In this document: positions 1 through 9,125 of the stretch, piece after piece | How the letters are laid out: the number at the start of each line of letters is the position of its first letter | How positions within the stretch are numbered: the stretch's first letter is position 1 | Translations under genes and position numbers: made by a program | Source: Planctomycetota bacterium | GTDB lineage: Bacteria > Planctomycetota > UBA8108 > UBA1146 | Direction: 5' to 3' | Assembly: GCA_036338595.1 (NCBI GenBank) | Contig: JAYZBV010000113.1 | Span: 1 to 64,000, forward strand | DNA: 64,000 nt | Notes under the pieces: generated by a model | The model's input: only the letters and a program-made list of their open reading frames with translations | Database searches by the model: none | Told to the model about the DNA's origin: nothing

Positions 1-2
1 AA

Positions 3-395
3 GTGGTCGCACACCAGTTGTTGAAAAGCTACCAGACTCCTGGAGAGCCGATCCACATCCGGGCACGATCTGCTCATATCGACAGCTGTTGTCGACGCCA
101 GCTGGTTTTCCTCGGTACCGAGTCAGTGAAACTGGAATCGACGCCGGATCGGGTAGTCATCGATTTGGCTCGGGAAGGGTCTACCGAGAGGTCTTCTGGC
201 AACGGATTCTCGGACTGCCAGGGATTGATCTGTTATCAAGAAGGTGATGTCGATGTCTCGGTCACTGGCGCCCGTGGTGGACTGGTTGCTGTTTCTCCTG
301 ACCTTGTCGTTGTAGCCTCTGAGGATGAGCTCGTCTCCGATGGTATCCGGGACGTGTTGTTTGAACTGGCCCGACGAGATGAGGCAATCCGGTGA
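3..395 (+). CDS. 5'-truncated CDS; the C-terminus resembles the beta-helix tail of mannose-1-phosphate guanylyltransferase-like proteins
   Basis: Open from the window edge; stop overlaps the ruvX start (GTGA). The segment GNGFSDCQGLICYQEG...VAVSPDLVVVAS resembles the short beta-strand repeats of GMP-type C-terminal domains (weak, by eye). Confidence 0.35.
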   Translation: MVAHQLLKSYQTPGEPIHIRARSAHIDSCCRRQLVFLGTESVKLESTPDRVVIDLAREGSTERSSGNGFSDCQGLICYQEGDVDVSVTGARGGLVAVSPDLVVVASEDELVSDGIRDVLFELARRDEAIR

Positions 396-823
396 GCGTG
401 TGGATCGGGGTCGACCCCGGAGAAAAACGAAACGGTCTCGCAAGAGCCGATGGGCTGGGCGTGCTGGCGTCTCCGAGAGGAGTCGTGGGAAACCGAGACG
501 AACTGGTCAGGTGGATCCTGGACACGGACTCTGAACATGGAGTGACCGGAGTGGTCATCGGGATGCCTCGCAACATGGATGGATCCTTCGGACCGATGGC
601 GATTCGCTCCCTGCAACTCGTTCGCTGGCTGAGAGAGCAAATTGACTTTCCCGTTCATCTCTGGGATGAACGCCTGACTTCTGCGCACGCGGAGGCTCTC
701 GGTGGCAAAAAAAAGCTGGATGAGAGGGCGGCCGCCATCCTGCTCCAGTCCTTTCTCGACGCTGGAGCTCCTCCATCGCCGGATCCACCGGGGCTGCTGG
801 AAGCGGCAGATGGGCCGAAATGA
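392..823 (+). CDS. ruvX: YqgF/RuvX family nuclease (pre-16S rRNA processing)
   Basis: Motifs IGVDPGEKRNGLA, VVIGMPRNMDGS, WDERLTS, LDERAAAILLQSFL. Confidence 0.92.
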   Translation: MSVWIGVDPGEKRNGLARADGLGVLASPRGVVGNRDELVRWILDTDSEHGVTGVVIGMPRNMDGSFGPMAIRSLQLVRWLREQIDFPVHLWDERLTSAHAEALGGKKKLDERAAAILLQSFLDAGAPPSPDPPGLLEAADGPK

Positions 824-865
824 GCCTCAGAAGGTCACTTTTGGCCCGTCGAGGCTGACATTGGC

Positions 866-893
866 TTGCCCTTCAGGGGCCTCACTGTAGCAT
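866..893 (+). promoter_or_regulatory. Putative sigma70 promoter of rpsO-pnp
   Basis: TTGCCC(866-871)-16 nt-TAGCAT(888-893), about 100 nt upstream of rpsO. Confidence 0.4.
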
Positions 894-994
894 CCCACTC
901 TGGTTTGGTTGGGCCGCGACGGTGGAGGCTGTTCTTCATCGCCAGGTGGTCGTAACTGTTACCGTAACATCGACAGACAGGGTTTCATCGGAAC

Positions 995-1264
995 ATGAGC
1001 ATCACCGCAGAACGCAAGACCGCCTTGATCGAAGAGTATCGTACTTCGGAGAACGACAAGGGATCGGTTCAGGTACAGGTTGCTATCCTGACCGAGAGAA
1101 TCCGAAACATCACGGAGCATCTTCGAGCCAAGAAGAAGGACTATGCTGGTCGTCGAGGCTTGCTGGTCCTGGTCGGTAAGCGGACTCGCCTGCTGCAATA
1201 CTTGCAGCGCAAGAACCGCCCCGAATACCTCCGTTTGATCGAAGCCCTGGGATTGAGGCGATAA
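995..1264 (+). CDS. rpsO: 30S ribosomal protein S15
   Basis: 89 aa; [46 protein letters not shown]; upstream of pnp. Confidence 0.98.
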   Translation: MSITAERKTALIEEYRTSENDKGSVQVQVAILTERIRNITEHLRAKKKDYAGRRGLLVLVGKRTRLLQYLQRKNRPEYLRLIEALGLRR

Positions 1265-1458
1265 TCCAGCAGTTCAGTTGCTGCGATCTCGCACCAGTTC
1301 GTTGAAGAGGCGACATTCGATGTTCGGTAACTCTGTAACTCAGCCTCGTGGCGGAGTCCTACCTACCAGAGCGATACAAATCAGAAGTAATTTACAGGTG
1401 AGAGAAATCAGATGAAGGCGCATGGGCGCCAGGGCAGCAGTGGCTGTCAGGAGGATCG

Positions 1459-3696
1459 ATGAAACATATTGTTACCCGGGAGATCGGAGGGCGAACCCTC
1501 AGTATCGAAACGGGATTGATTGCAAAGCAAGCGGCAGGATCGACCATCGTTCGCTGCGGCGACTGCGCTGTTTTTTGCGCAGTGACATGGGGTGAACCCC
1601 GCTGGGGAGGTGACTTCTTCCCCTTGACCGTTGACTATCGTGAGAATAACTACGCTGCAGGAAAGATACCTGGAGGCTTCTTCAAGCGTGAAGGACGCCC
1701 CACGACAAAGGAGATCCTGACAGCCCGCCTGATCGACCGCCCGGTGCGACCTCTGTTCCCCGATGGATACATGAAGGACGTGATGGTGACGGTGGCGGTT
1801 CTATCCGCAGATCGTGAGAACGATCCTGATGTCCTGGCGATGATCGCCGCATCCTCGGCACTCTCCATCTCCGAGTTGCCCTTCCAGGGGCCGATCGGAG
1901 CGGTGCGTATCGGACGAGTGGATGGAGAACTGGTCATCAACCCGACACACGAACAGCGTGATCAGGGAGATATCGATCTGGTGGTCGCAAGTACCGATGA
2001 AGCGATCGTGATGGTCGAGGCTGGAGCCAAGGAAGTGGCGGAAGCCGACATGATCGATGCTCTGGAAAAAGCGCACGAAGTCTCCACCGAGGTGGTTTCG
2101 ATGGTGAAGGAGTTTGCCCAGCTCGCTGGCAAGCCGAAGATCGAGTTCGTGGCTCCCGAGGTGAACGAGGAGTTGAAGGCCAAGGTCTTCTCGATGGCGT
2201 ATGACGGCGTTCGTGCCGTGATTCGCACCGATGGAAAGTTCGCCCGCTCCAACGCGATGAGTGCCGTCTGCGATGAAGTCTTCGAGCAGCTCTGTCCCGC
2301 GGACCAACTGGAAGCGGACACCTGCGAGAACGACCCGAAAGAGGTCAAGAAGTTCCTCTCCTCGGTCAAGAAGAAGGTCGAGCGCGACATCATCATCGAG
2401 GACAAGAAGCGAAGTGATGGTCGTTCCTTCACCGATATTCGCAATATCGATACCGATCTGCAACTGCTGCCGAGAACTCATGGTTCGGCACTGTTCACCC
2501 GGGGTGAGACCCAGGCGATCGTCACTGCCACCCTGGGGACTTCATTTGACGAGCAGAGAATCGATGGACTGATCGACGAGAAAAAAGATCACTTCATGCT
2601 GCACTACAACTTCCCTGGATACTGTGTCGGAGAATCGTGGCCCAATCGTGGACCCAAGCGCCGAGAGATCGGCCACGGAGCCCTGGCAGAGCGTTCCATC
2701 CGCCACATCCTTCCCGACCACGACGACTTCCCTTACACGATTCGTATCGTCAGCGACATCACGGAATCCAATGGATCTTCATCGATGGCGAGTGTCTGCG
2801 GAGGAACCCTGGCGCTGATGGATGCAGGAGTGCCTCTCAAACGGCCTGTTGCAGGAATCGCCATGGGGTTGATCGAAGATGGAAAAGACCACTACATCCT
2901 CTCCGACATCCTCGGCAGTGAGGACCACAACGGAGACATGGATTTCAAGGTGGCGGGTACCCAGAAGGGAATCACCGCACTCCAGATGGATGTGAAGATC
3001 TCTGGCCTCAGTCGCGAACTGATGGGCCGTGCTCTCGAGCAGGCTCGCGAGGGGCGACTGCACATTCTCCGCGAGATGTTGAAGAAACTGGATCGACCCA
3101 GAGATGAGGTCTCACCGCTGGCTCCCAAGATCATGAGAATCACCATCGATCCGGAGAAAATCGGGCTGGTGATCGGCCCTGGCGGCAAGGTGATCAAGGG
3201 CATCCAGGAAGAAACCGGAGCCACCATCGAAATCGTCGATTCCGGTGTCATCACCATCTGGGGCAAGGACTACGATAGCGCCAACGATGCCCGTGAGCAG
3301 ATCGAGATGATCACTCAGGATGTCGAGGTCGGACGGATCTACGACGGAAAAGTCGTATCGATCAAGGACTTCGGTTGCTTCGTCGAGGTGCTGCCTGGCC
3401 AGGAGGGTCTCGTTCATGTCTCCGAACTCTCGGGTGACTATGTCGATGATGTTTCCTCGGTGGTGAAACGTGGAGATGCGTTGCGGGTCAAGGTACTGGA
3501 AAGTGACCCGCAGGGTCGACTTCGCCTCTCCCACAAGGCTGTCCTCATCGATGAGGGTAAACTGGAGGCAACGGTAACATCTGACGATTCTGGCCGCGGA
3601 GGCCGTCCCGATCGTGGCGGACGCGGCGGCGGAGATCGTGATCGCCGAGGTGGTCGCGGAGGCGACCGTGGAGGCGACCGCGGAGGTCGTCGCTGA
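1459..3696 (+). CDS. pnp: Polyribonucleotide nucleotidyltransferase (PNPase) with RGG-rich tail
   Basis: FFPLTVDY, GKIPGGFFKREGRP, RREIGHG, SNGSSSMAS, DMDFKVAG; KH (IGPGGK) and S1 domains; RBS AGGAGG. Confidence 0.99.
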   Translation: MKHIVTREIGGRTLSIETGLIAKQAAGSTIVRCGDCAVFCAVTWGEPRWGGDFFPLTVDYRENNYAAGKIPGGFFKREGRPTTKEILTARLIDRPVRPLFPDGYMKDVMVTVAVLSADRENDPDVLAMIAASSALSISELPFQGPIGAVRIGRVDGELVINPTHEQRDQGDIDLVVASTDEAIVMVEAGAKEVAEADMIDALEKAHEVSTEVVSMVKEFAQLAGKPKIEFVAPEVNEELKAKVFSMAYDGVRAVIRTDGKFARSNAMSAVCDEVFEQLCPADQLEADTCENDPKEVKKFLSSVKKKVERDIIIEDKKRSDGRSFTDIRNIDTDLQLLPRTHGSALFTRGETQAIVTATLGTSFDEQRIDGLIDEKKDHFMLHYNFPGYCVGESWPNRGPKRREIGHGALAERSIRHILPDHDDFPYTIRIVSDITESNGSSSMASVCGGTLALMDAGVPLKRPVAGIAMGLIEDGKDHYILSDILGSEDHNGDMDFKVAGTQKGITALQMDVKISGLSRELMGRALEQAREGRLHILREMLKKLDRPRDEVSPLAPKIMRITIDPEKIGLVIGPGGKVIKGIQEETGATIEIVDSGVITIWGKDYDSANDAREQIEMITQDVEVGRIYDGKVVSIKDFGCFVEVLPGQEGLVHVSELSGDYVDDVSSVVKRGDALRVKVLESDPQGRLRLSHKAVLIDEGKLEATVTSDDSGRGGRPDRGGRGGGDRDRRGGRGGDRGGDRGGRR

Positions 3697-3709
3697 TCAG
3701 GCAATAGCA

Positions 3710-3748
3710 GGGGGGAGCGATCCGAATCGGATCGTCTCCCCCTTTTTT
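3710..3748 (+). terminator. Intrinsic terminator after pnp
   Basis: GGGGGAG-CGATCCG/AAT/CGGATCG-T-CTCCCCC hairpin followed by TTTTTT. Confidence 0.85.
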
Positions 3749-3765
3749 GCATTCTGGAGGTCTGC

Positions 3766-5283
3766 GTGAGCGCCTGGCTACTTCGAGGCGTCCGGAGGTA
3801 TCCCGGAGACTCTGGTGAACGACACGATCTCCGAATCGATGATGGTGTCATCAGTAACTGGTCTGCCGCCGGGCGTGGTGACGCCAATGCTGCGACCGTC
3901 ATCGATCTCGATGGAATGTGGGTCTTGCCAGCTTTTGCTGATAGCCATCTGCATCTCCTCTACTCCATCGAACATTCCCGCCAGCATGACCTCGCATCAC
4001 TCACAATGAAGGAGATCGATGGATTACTGGCCGATGCCAGTGATGAACCGGACTCCCTTTCATTTGTTGGACACGGCTGGAAGGATCCGTTGCCACAGCA
4101 GATGCAGCCAGACCCGCGGCGCCACCTCGATTCCTCGATATCTGATGTTCCGGTGTTTCTGTGGAACGCTGACCACCACAGGGCGCTGGTATCCAGTTCT
4201 GCTCTTCGATGTGCAGAGATCGATCCAGCGGGCCATCCTGGCATTGTTCTGGAGGACGTTGCCGAGCTCGTTTGGTCCAGATTGCCGAGGGCTTCTCGAT
4301 CCGATGCGGCAAGTGCCGCCAGCTGGTTACTCCATCAGGGGATCACTGCAGCCACTACCTTCGACAGGGGAGATTCGATAGAAATTCTGCGCCAGAAGAA
4401 TGATGTCGGTCAACTGGGGATTCGCATTCGACATGGGATGCCCGAAGAGTTGTTTCTGGAGCGAATTGAATCGGGACACGATTGCGTACCCGAAGGTGAT
4501 TCGAGCTCCCCATTTGCCGTTCGCTGGATCAAGATCTTCATCGACGGAACTCTCGGTTCGCGAACGGCCTGGATGAAGTCGGAATACTGTGACGACCCGG
4601 GAAACCTGGGTTTTTCTCGAAGGTCCGGAACCGTTCTCGACGATACAGCACGTCTGGCTGCGGACAGAGGCTGGGCGCTGGCCATTCATGCCATCGGAGA
4701 TGCGGCTGTTTGTGAAGCTAATCGGGTCATCGATCGCATCAGGTCGCTTCGGCGTGAACCGTTGCCCGACCGGATCGAGCACTTTCAATGCTTTGACCCG
4801 GCAGATCTGGATTCGATTCGCGCGACAGGAAGCATCGCTTCGATGCAGCCGTGCCACCTGTATCAGGATCGACAGATCTTGACGCAGAGGTGGGGGCAGC
4901 GCGCTGCCCATGCACTGGCCTTGCGAAGCATCGACGCGGCAGGAATCCCATTGATTCTCGGCTCGGACGCTCCGATAGAGAGCGCTGACCCCTGGCGCGA
5001 CATCGATGCAGCGGTTCGACGACTGCAGCCTGGTGGGGATGGGGACAGTTTCCATCCGCTTGAGCGCGTCTCATTTGACTCTGCGTTTCGCTGGAGGACT
5101 GCAGCCGCGGCCAGTGCTAACTTTCTGCCGGCTGGGTGGGGTACACTTGACGTCGGAACGGAGGCCTCTCTTCAACTGATGGGCGCAGACGATCCCAGAC
5201 AGGTGCGTCATCTGGAACAGGCGAAGTTGCTCGATGTATTTAGCCTTGGGCGCTGGCGCCTGGGCGAGGTGGGGGGGCGATGA
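3766..5283 (+). CDS. Amidohydrolase family 3 (YtcJ-like) metal-dependent hydrolase
   Basis: FADSHLH (HxH), KIFIDGTLGSRTA, AIHAIGD, RIEH, GSDAP motifs. Confidence 0.88.
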   Translation: MSAWLLRGVRRYPGDSGERHDLRIDDGVISNWSAAGRGDANAATVIDLDGMWVLPAFADSHLHLLYSIEHSRQHDLASLTMKEIDGLLADASDEPDSLSFVGHGWKDPLPQQMQPDPRRHLDSSISDVPVFLWNADHHRALVSSSALRCAEIDPAGHPGIVLEDVAELVWSRLPRASRSDAASAASWLLHQGITAATTFDRGDSIEILRQKNDVGQLGIRIRHGMPEELFLERIESGHDCVPEGDSSSPFAVRWIKIFIDGTLGSRTAWMKSEYCDDPGNLGFSRRSGTVLDDTARLAADRGWALAIHAIGDAAVCEANRVIDRIRSLRREPLPDRIEHFQCFDPADLDSIRATGSIASMQPCHLYQDRQILTQRWGQRAAHALALRSIDAAGIPLILGSDAPIESADPWRDIDAAVRRLQPGGDGDSFHPLERVSFDSAFRWRTAAAASANFLPAGWGTLDVGTEASLQLMGADDPRQVRHLEQAKLLDVFSLGRWRLGEVGGR

Positions 5284-6221
5284 GGGCTGATCTTCATGTC
5301 GATACGCTGTGGAGACTTGAGGAAAAGGGTGGGGGACTGTCTCCTCGGCGGGAACCACTTCATATCGATGCCAGCAGATGCAAGGAAGCGTCCATCAGGC
5401 TTCTCTGCACCGCCGTATTCACCGAAGACGACAGGGTAGATCCGTGGAATCATTGCAATCGTCTGCTCGATGTCCGTGACAGGTTGCATTCCGAAGCCGA
5501 GGAACCGTTCGAGATGGTGGTGGATCCGATGCAACTGGAGGCTCTTGAGGAGTCGACGACCGGCATGCTCGGAACCATCGAAAACGGCAGTTGTCTCGAG
5601 GGTGATCTCTCCAGACTGGACCTGCTTCACGAACGAGGGGTCCGAATCCTCGGAGTCACCTGGAACGGGGCCAACGAACTGGGCCAGGGAGTCATGGAGG
5701 ATGATCACGAGGGACTGACAGCCTTCGGCAAGGACGCGGTTCGGCTCGCTTCAGAGCTGGGGTGGGCCATCGATGTGACTCACCTGAACCGGGAAGGGGT
5801 GATCGATGTATGCGAATCAGGGGCTCCCGTGCTGGCCACCCATTCCAACTCCCGGACCCTCCATGAGCACCCTCGCAACCTGTCGGATGAACTGCTCCAG
5901 TTGATCTCGGACAGGGGTGGGATGGTGGGTGTCAATGTCTATCCACCCTTCCTGGCACCTGCGACTGAAAGCGTCAATCTCGCAACCGTGGCCAGGCATG
6001 TCCTGCACCTGATGGAGTTTCTGGGGCAGGAACGAGTGGGCATCGGAACCGACCTGGATGGCATCTCGACACTTCCCGTAGATTTCCGGGACCATCGAGA
6101 TCTGGATCGTCTCGCTCGAGCGCTGGAGCAAGCTGGAGTTCCCCCGCCGGCAGTCGACTCGGTGCTCGGAGACGGATTCATCAATTGGTGGAAGAACTGG
6201 AGCATCCAGGGACGGTCATGA
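5280..6221 (+). CDS. Membrane dipeptidase (peptidase M19 family)
   Basis: DLHVD, IENG, VTWNGAN, IDVTH, THSN, HPRNLSD, GTDLDG; ATGA overlap with the upstream gene. Confidence 0.88.
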   Translation: MRADLHVDTLWRLEEKGGGLSPRREPLHIDASRCKEASIRLLCTAVFTEDDRVDPWNHCNRLLDVRDRLHSEAEEPFEMVVDPMQLEALEESTTGMLGTIENGSCLEGDLSRLDLLHERGVRILGVTWNGANELGQGVMEDDHEGLTAFGKDAVRLASELGWAIDVTHLNREGVIDVCESGAPVLATHSNSRTLHEHPRNLSDELLQLISDRGGMVGVNVYPPFLAPATESVNLATVARHVLHLMEFLGQERVGIGTDLDGISTLPVDFRDHRDLDRLARALEQAGVPPPAVDSVLGDGFINWWKNWSIQGRS

Positions 6222-7535
6222 TGCGTCACTCGCAGAATTACCGGTGTCTGAATCAGGAATCGATCTGTTCACTCGCTCGATGAATGCTCGAGCCTTCACA
6301 TCACCCAGCAATATCCAGCGAGACCGTGTAATTCTCGCCTCTATCGATTCTGAACTGTAGATGGCGCTGGTGATATGGCGACCGGTCGCAGTGAAGATGT
6401 GAATCCTCCCCTGGGGCCCTCTGAGAACGATGGTCGACTCCCTACGATCCTGATAGAGATCTGCTTCGGCACAGGCAAGGAGGTCAGGAATCGCTGCAGA
6501 GGTGGGCCTGCTCGGGTCCTCCGAGCGTTTCTGGGCATGCATTGTTCTGCGCTGTGATCTTCGACGAAGTGTTTCGAGGTGCGATCTGGATTCGATGAGA
6601 AGATCGACAACTCGCTCCCGGCAGGACTTCAGGGATTCCCGATGACCTCGGGATGCATCTGTCACCAGTTCCTCCTGGAACTGGTGCAGGGCGGATTTCA
6701 GTGATCCGATCCACCCCGCCAGGATGGAGCGGTTGTTGTCGCCGTTGAGGGTGGCGAGATGATGTGGAGCTGGAGCGTTGGAGAGCAGATTGAGAGAGTA
6801 CCTGGGAACGACCCTGCCGGCCCGAGACTCGACCACCAGTGCAGTGACACTGAGATTGTCGTGAGAATGCCCCGGCAAGGGGAAGCCTCCCGCCAGTAGC
6901 GCTCCGACAGGACGGGCAAAAAGAGAATCGGAGAGGTATTCTGGCAAGATCTCGCCGAGCAGTTCGCCTTCCCCACGCCAGCAGATGACAGGGCCTGGAT
7001 CTTCGCCGTAGAGCAGGTCGATTTGCTCATCACCGGTCTCGATCAGAAGCGAAGCGATGTCTCGCCACAGTGGAATCCCGGTCGCCGACCAGCCGACGAG
7101 AACCGATCTCTGGTCGCCCGGCATCGAGTGTTCGCAGACGGGAGCGTCGCACCAGTAGCAGGGGGCATGACCAAACCTGTGGCCCAGCGCCTCGGTTTCC
7201 CCTTGAATCCTGAGAGACTCCACCTGTGCGAGCAGGGAATGAGAAAATTGTAGTGAGTCTGCATGGTGGTCGAGTTTCAGGTGCATCGGAATTCGCAGGT
7301 TCAACTCGATGGCTTCTGGTAGGCCAGCGAGAGACTCGTCGCCATCTCGAGTCAGAAGAGCCTTCACGAGTCCACGGATTCGCCGGTGGATCGCTTCAGC
7401 GGCTCGAGAGCGAGGTTTGCCTGGTTGTATGCCCATGATGGAAACTCCTGCGTGATCGTAGTGGTATCGGGAATCGGAGTCAGCCTTGTAGATCCCATCA
7501 ATCGGGTCTAGGCTTCCCGTCATCAGCGGAGGCAT
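6216..7535 (-). CDS. Hypothetical protein with a Cys/His cluster (start uncertain)
   Basis: 439-aa ORF filling the gap between the dipeptidase and dacB; CYWCDAPVCEH motif. Confidence 0.6.
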   Translation of the reverse strand: MPPLMTGSLDPIDGIYKADSDSRYHYDHAGVSIMGIQPGKPRSRAAEAIHRRIRGLVKALLTRDGDESLAGLPEAIELNLRIPMHLKLDHHADSLQFSHSLLAQVESLRIQGETEALGHRFGHAPCYWCDAPVCEHSMPGDQRSVLVGWSATGIPLWRDIASLLIETGDEQIDLLYGEDPGPVICWRGEGELLGEILPEYLSDSLFARPVGALLAGGFPLPGHSHDNLSVTALVVESRAGRVVPRYSLNLLSNAPAPHHLATLNGDNNRSILAGWIGSLKSALHQFQEELVTDASRGHRESLKSCRERVVDLLIESRSHLETLRRRSQRRTMHAQKRSEDPSRPTSAAIPDLLACAEADLYQDRRESTIVLRGPQGRIHIFTATGRHITSAIYSSESIEARITRSRWILLGDVKARAFIERVNRSIPDSDTGNSASDAS

Positions 7536-7585
7536 GGATGCAGAGTTTGCGAAACCACAGGGTCAGGCCAGCAACAGAGTGTCGG

Positions 7586-9019
7586 ATGCCCCGTCAGTGG
7601 GGGCTGATACTGCTGCTGTTGCTGCTGGCTCCAGCAGTGCTCGCAGATTCCGGATTGAGCACGAAAATCCTGGCAGAGGCGAAGAAGCTGGGTCTCAAGA
7701 AGGAAGAAGTTTCCTTCTCGCTGCGATTACCCGCGGGTGAAGTGATCGAGTATCGAGGACTGGAAGCGTGCGCCCCCGCTTCTTGCATGAAACTGGTCGT
7801 CGCTGCAGCGTCCCTCGATCTGCTCGGTCCCGATCACTTGCTCAAGACGGATCTGATGCGACTGGGGCAGATCGAGGAGGGCGTTCTCAGAGGCGACCTG
7901 CTGGTGATCGGAGGCGGTGACCCGGCGATCTGTGGCCGCGAAAACAGCACCGATCCGCTATGGGAACTGCGGCCCTGGATGGCCAAACTCGAGGCCGCTG
8001 GCATCGAGAGGATCGAGGGGCGAGTGCTCGCCGATGTGCGCTATCTGTCGGGCGTTGGTGTGCATCCGGACTGGCCGGAGGATCAACTCAACAGATGGTA
8101 CTGCGCCCCGTCGGGTGCATTGAATCTCAATGACAACTGCATCGACGTGGTGATCGGTCCAGTCACCGAAGGCGTGGTGTCGGTACGGCTGAAGCCGATG
8201 CACCCGTTGCTATCACTGCGAAACAAGTTAGTCGCCACCAGCAACAAGAAAAGCCACCTCTACCACATCTCGCGCGATGCCACTGGCTGGGAGGTGACGG
8301 TATCCGGGAAGTTTCTCAAGACTTCGGGGCAGAGAACCGACTGGGTCACGGTTCCCGATCCAGCAGATGGGTTCGTGAGTATTCTGTTGCAGATGGTCCG
8401 AGATTCAGGGATCCTGGTCGAGGGAAAGACCTTGCCTCCAGCTTCCCGTGCGCTTCCTGTCGCCAGTACCCGACATACGCTCGCGTCACGCCTCCCCGTG
8501 ATGCTCAAGAAGAGCCAGAACCTCTACGCAGATTCCCTGGCGAGGGTGCTGGGGCGTGAAGGGGGTGGAGATGGATCTTTCCAGTCGGCCGCTGCCAGGT
8601 TATCAGCATGGATCGAGGAAGGTTTTCCAGGGCATGAAGGTGTCGTGGTTCGCGATGGCTCTGGCCTATCGCGGCAGAATCGACTCGACGCGAGGCTGTT
8701 GAGGCAGATCATCGAGAAGGCCATTGCGAGCCGCTGGGGGTCGATCCTGCTCGACGCATTGCCCGTTGCAGCGGTCGATGGAACACTGGACGGACGGTTT
8801 CAATCGACACCGCTGGCGGGAAAACTGCGCGCCAAGACAGGTACCATTCGTGGCGTCATCTCACTCGCCGGAATGTTCGAGTCATCTGCCGGGCCGGTCA
8901 CATTTTGCCTCATCTACCAGGGGCGCCATGGATTCGCATCCCGCGCCAGGGACTGGCAGGACCGGTCGCTACTCAGGGTTGAATCGGCTCTCAGGGGCCC
9001 ATCAGGCGGCAAGGGATAA
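7586..9019 (+). CDS. dacB: D-alanyl-D-alanine carboxypeptidase/endopeptidase PBP4 (peptidase S13)
   Basis: Signal peptide from ATG 7586; SxxK (PASCMK), SxN (KSQN), KTG (AKTGT), DGSGLSRQN, GGGDP. Confidence 0.93.
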   Translation: MPRQWGLILLLLLLAPAVLADSGLSTKILAEAKKLGLKKEEVSFSLRLPAGEVIEYRGLEACAPASCMKLVVAAASLDLLGPDHLLKTDLMRLGQIEEGVLRGDLLVIGGGDPAICGRENSTDPLWELRPWMAKLEAAGIERIEGRVLADVRYLSGVGVHPDWPEDQLNRWYCAPSGALNLNDNCIDVVIGPVTEGVVSVRLKPMHPLLSLRNKLVATSNKKSHLYHISRDATGWEVTVSGKFLKTSGQRTDWVTVPDPADGFVSILLQMVRDSGILVEGKTLPPASRALPVASTRHTLASRLPVMLKKSQNLYADSLARVLGREGGGDGSFQSAAARLSAWIEEGFPGHEGVVVRDGSGLSRQNRLDARLLRQIIEKAIASRWGSILLDALPVAAVDGTLDGRFQSTPLAGKLRAKTGTIRGVISLAGMFESSAGPVTFCLIYQGRHGFASRARDWQDRSLLRVESALRGPSGGKG

Positions 9020-9125
9020 CGGGCACCCCCCTGTAAAATCTTCTTTACATCTGATTTGGGCGTGCGAACATCGAGCAGCCCCAGGAACCCTGGCCCGAGC
9101 CCGAGACGGAGCCACTCAATTGGAC

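Noticed and set aside
1265..1458. ncRNA in the rpsO-pnp intergenic region
   Set aside because: Only short hairpins are visible. It could be a pnp leader, but no specific structure could be supported by eye.
9020..9040. Sigma54 promoter upstream of the filament operon (GGGCACCCCCCTGT)
   Set aside because: The -12 position reads GT, not GC. The adjacent TAAAAT looks more like a sigma70 -10 without a clear -35.
8724..9125. Long N-terminal extension of the sigma54 activator
   Set aside because: It overlaps dacB by ~300 bp and shows no recognisable domain; the FHA domain begins after ~9180.
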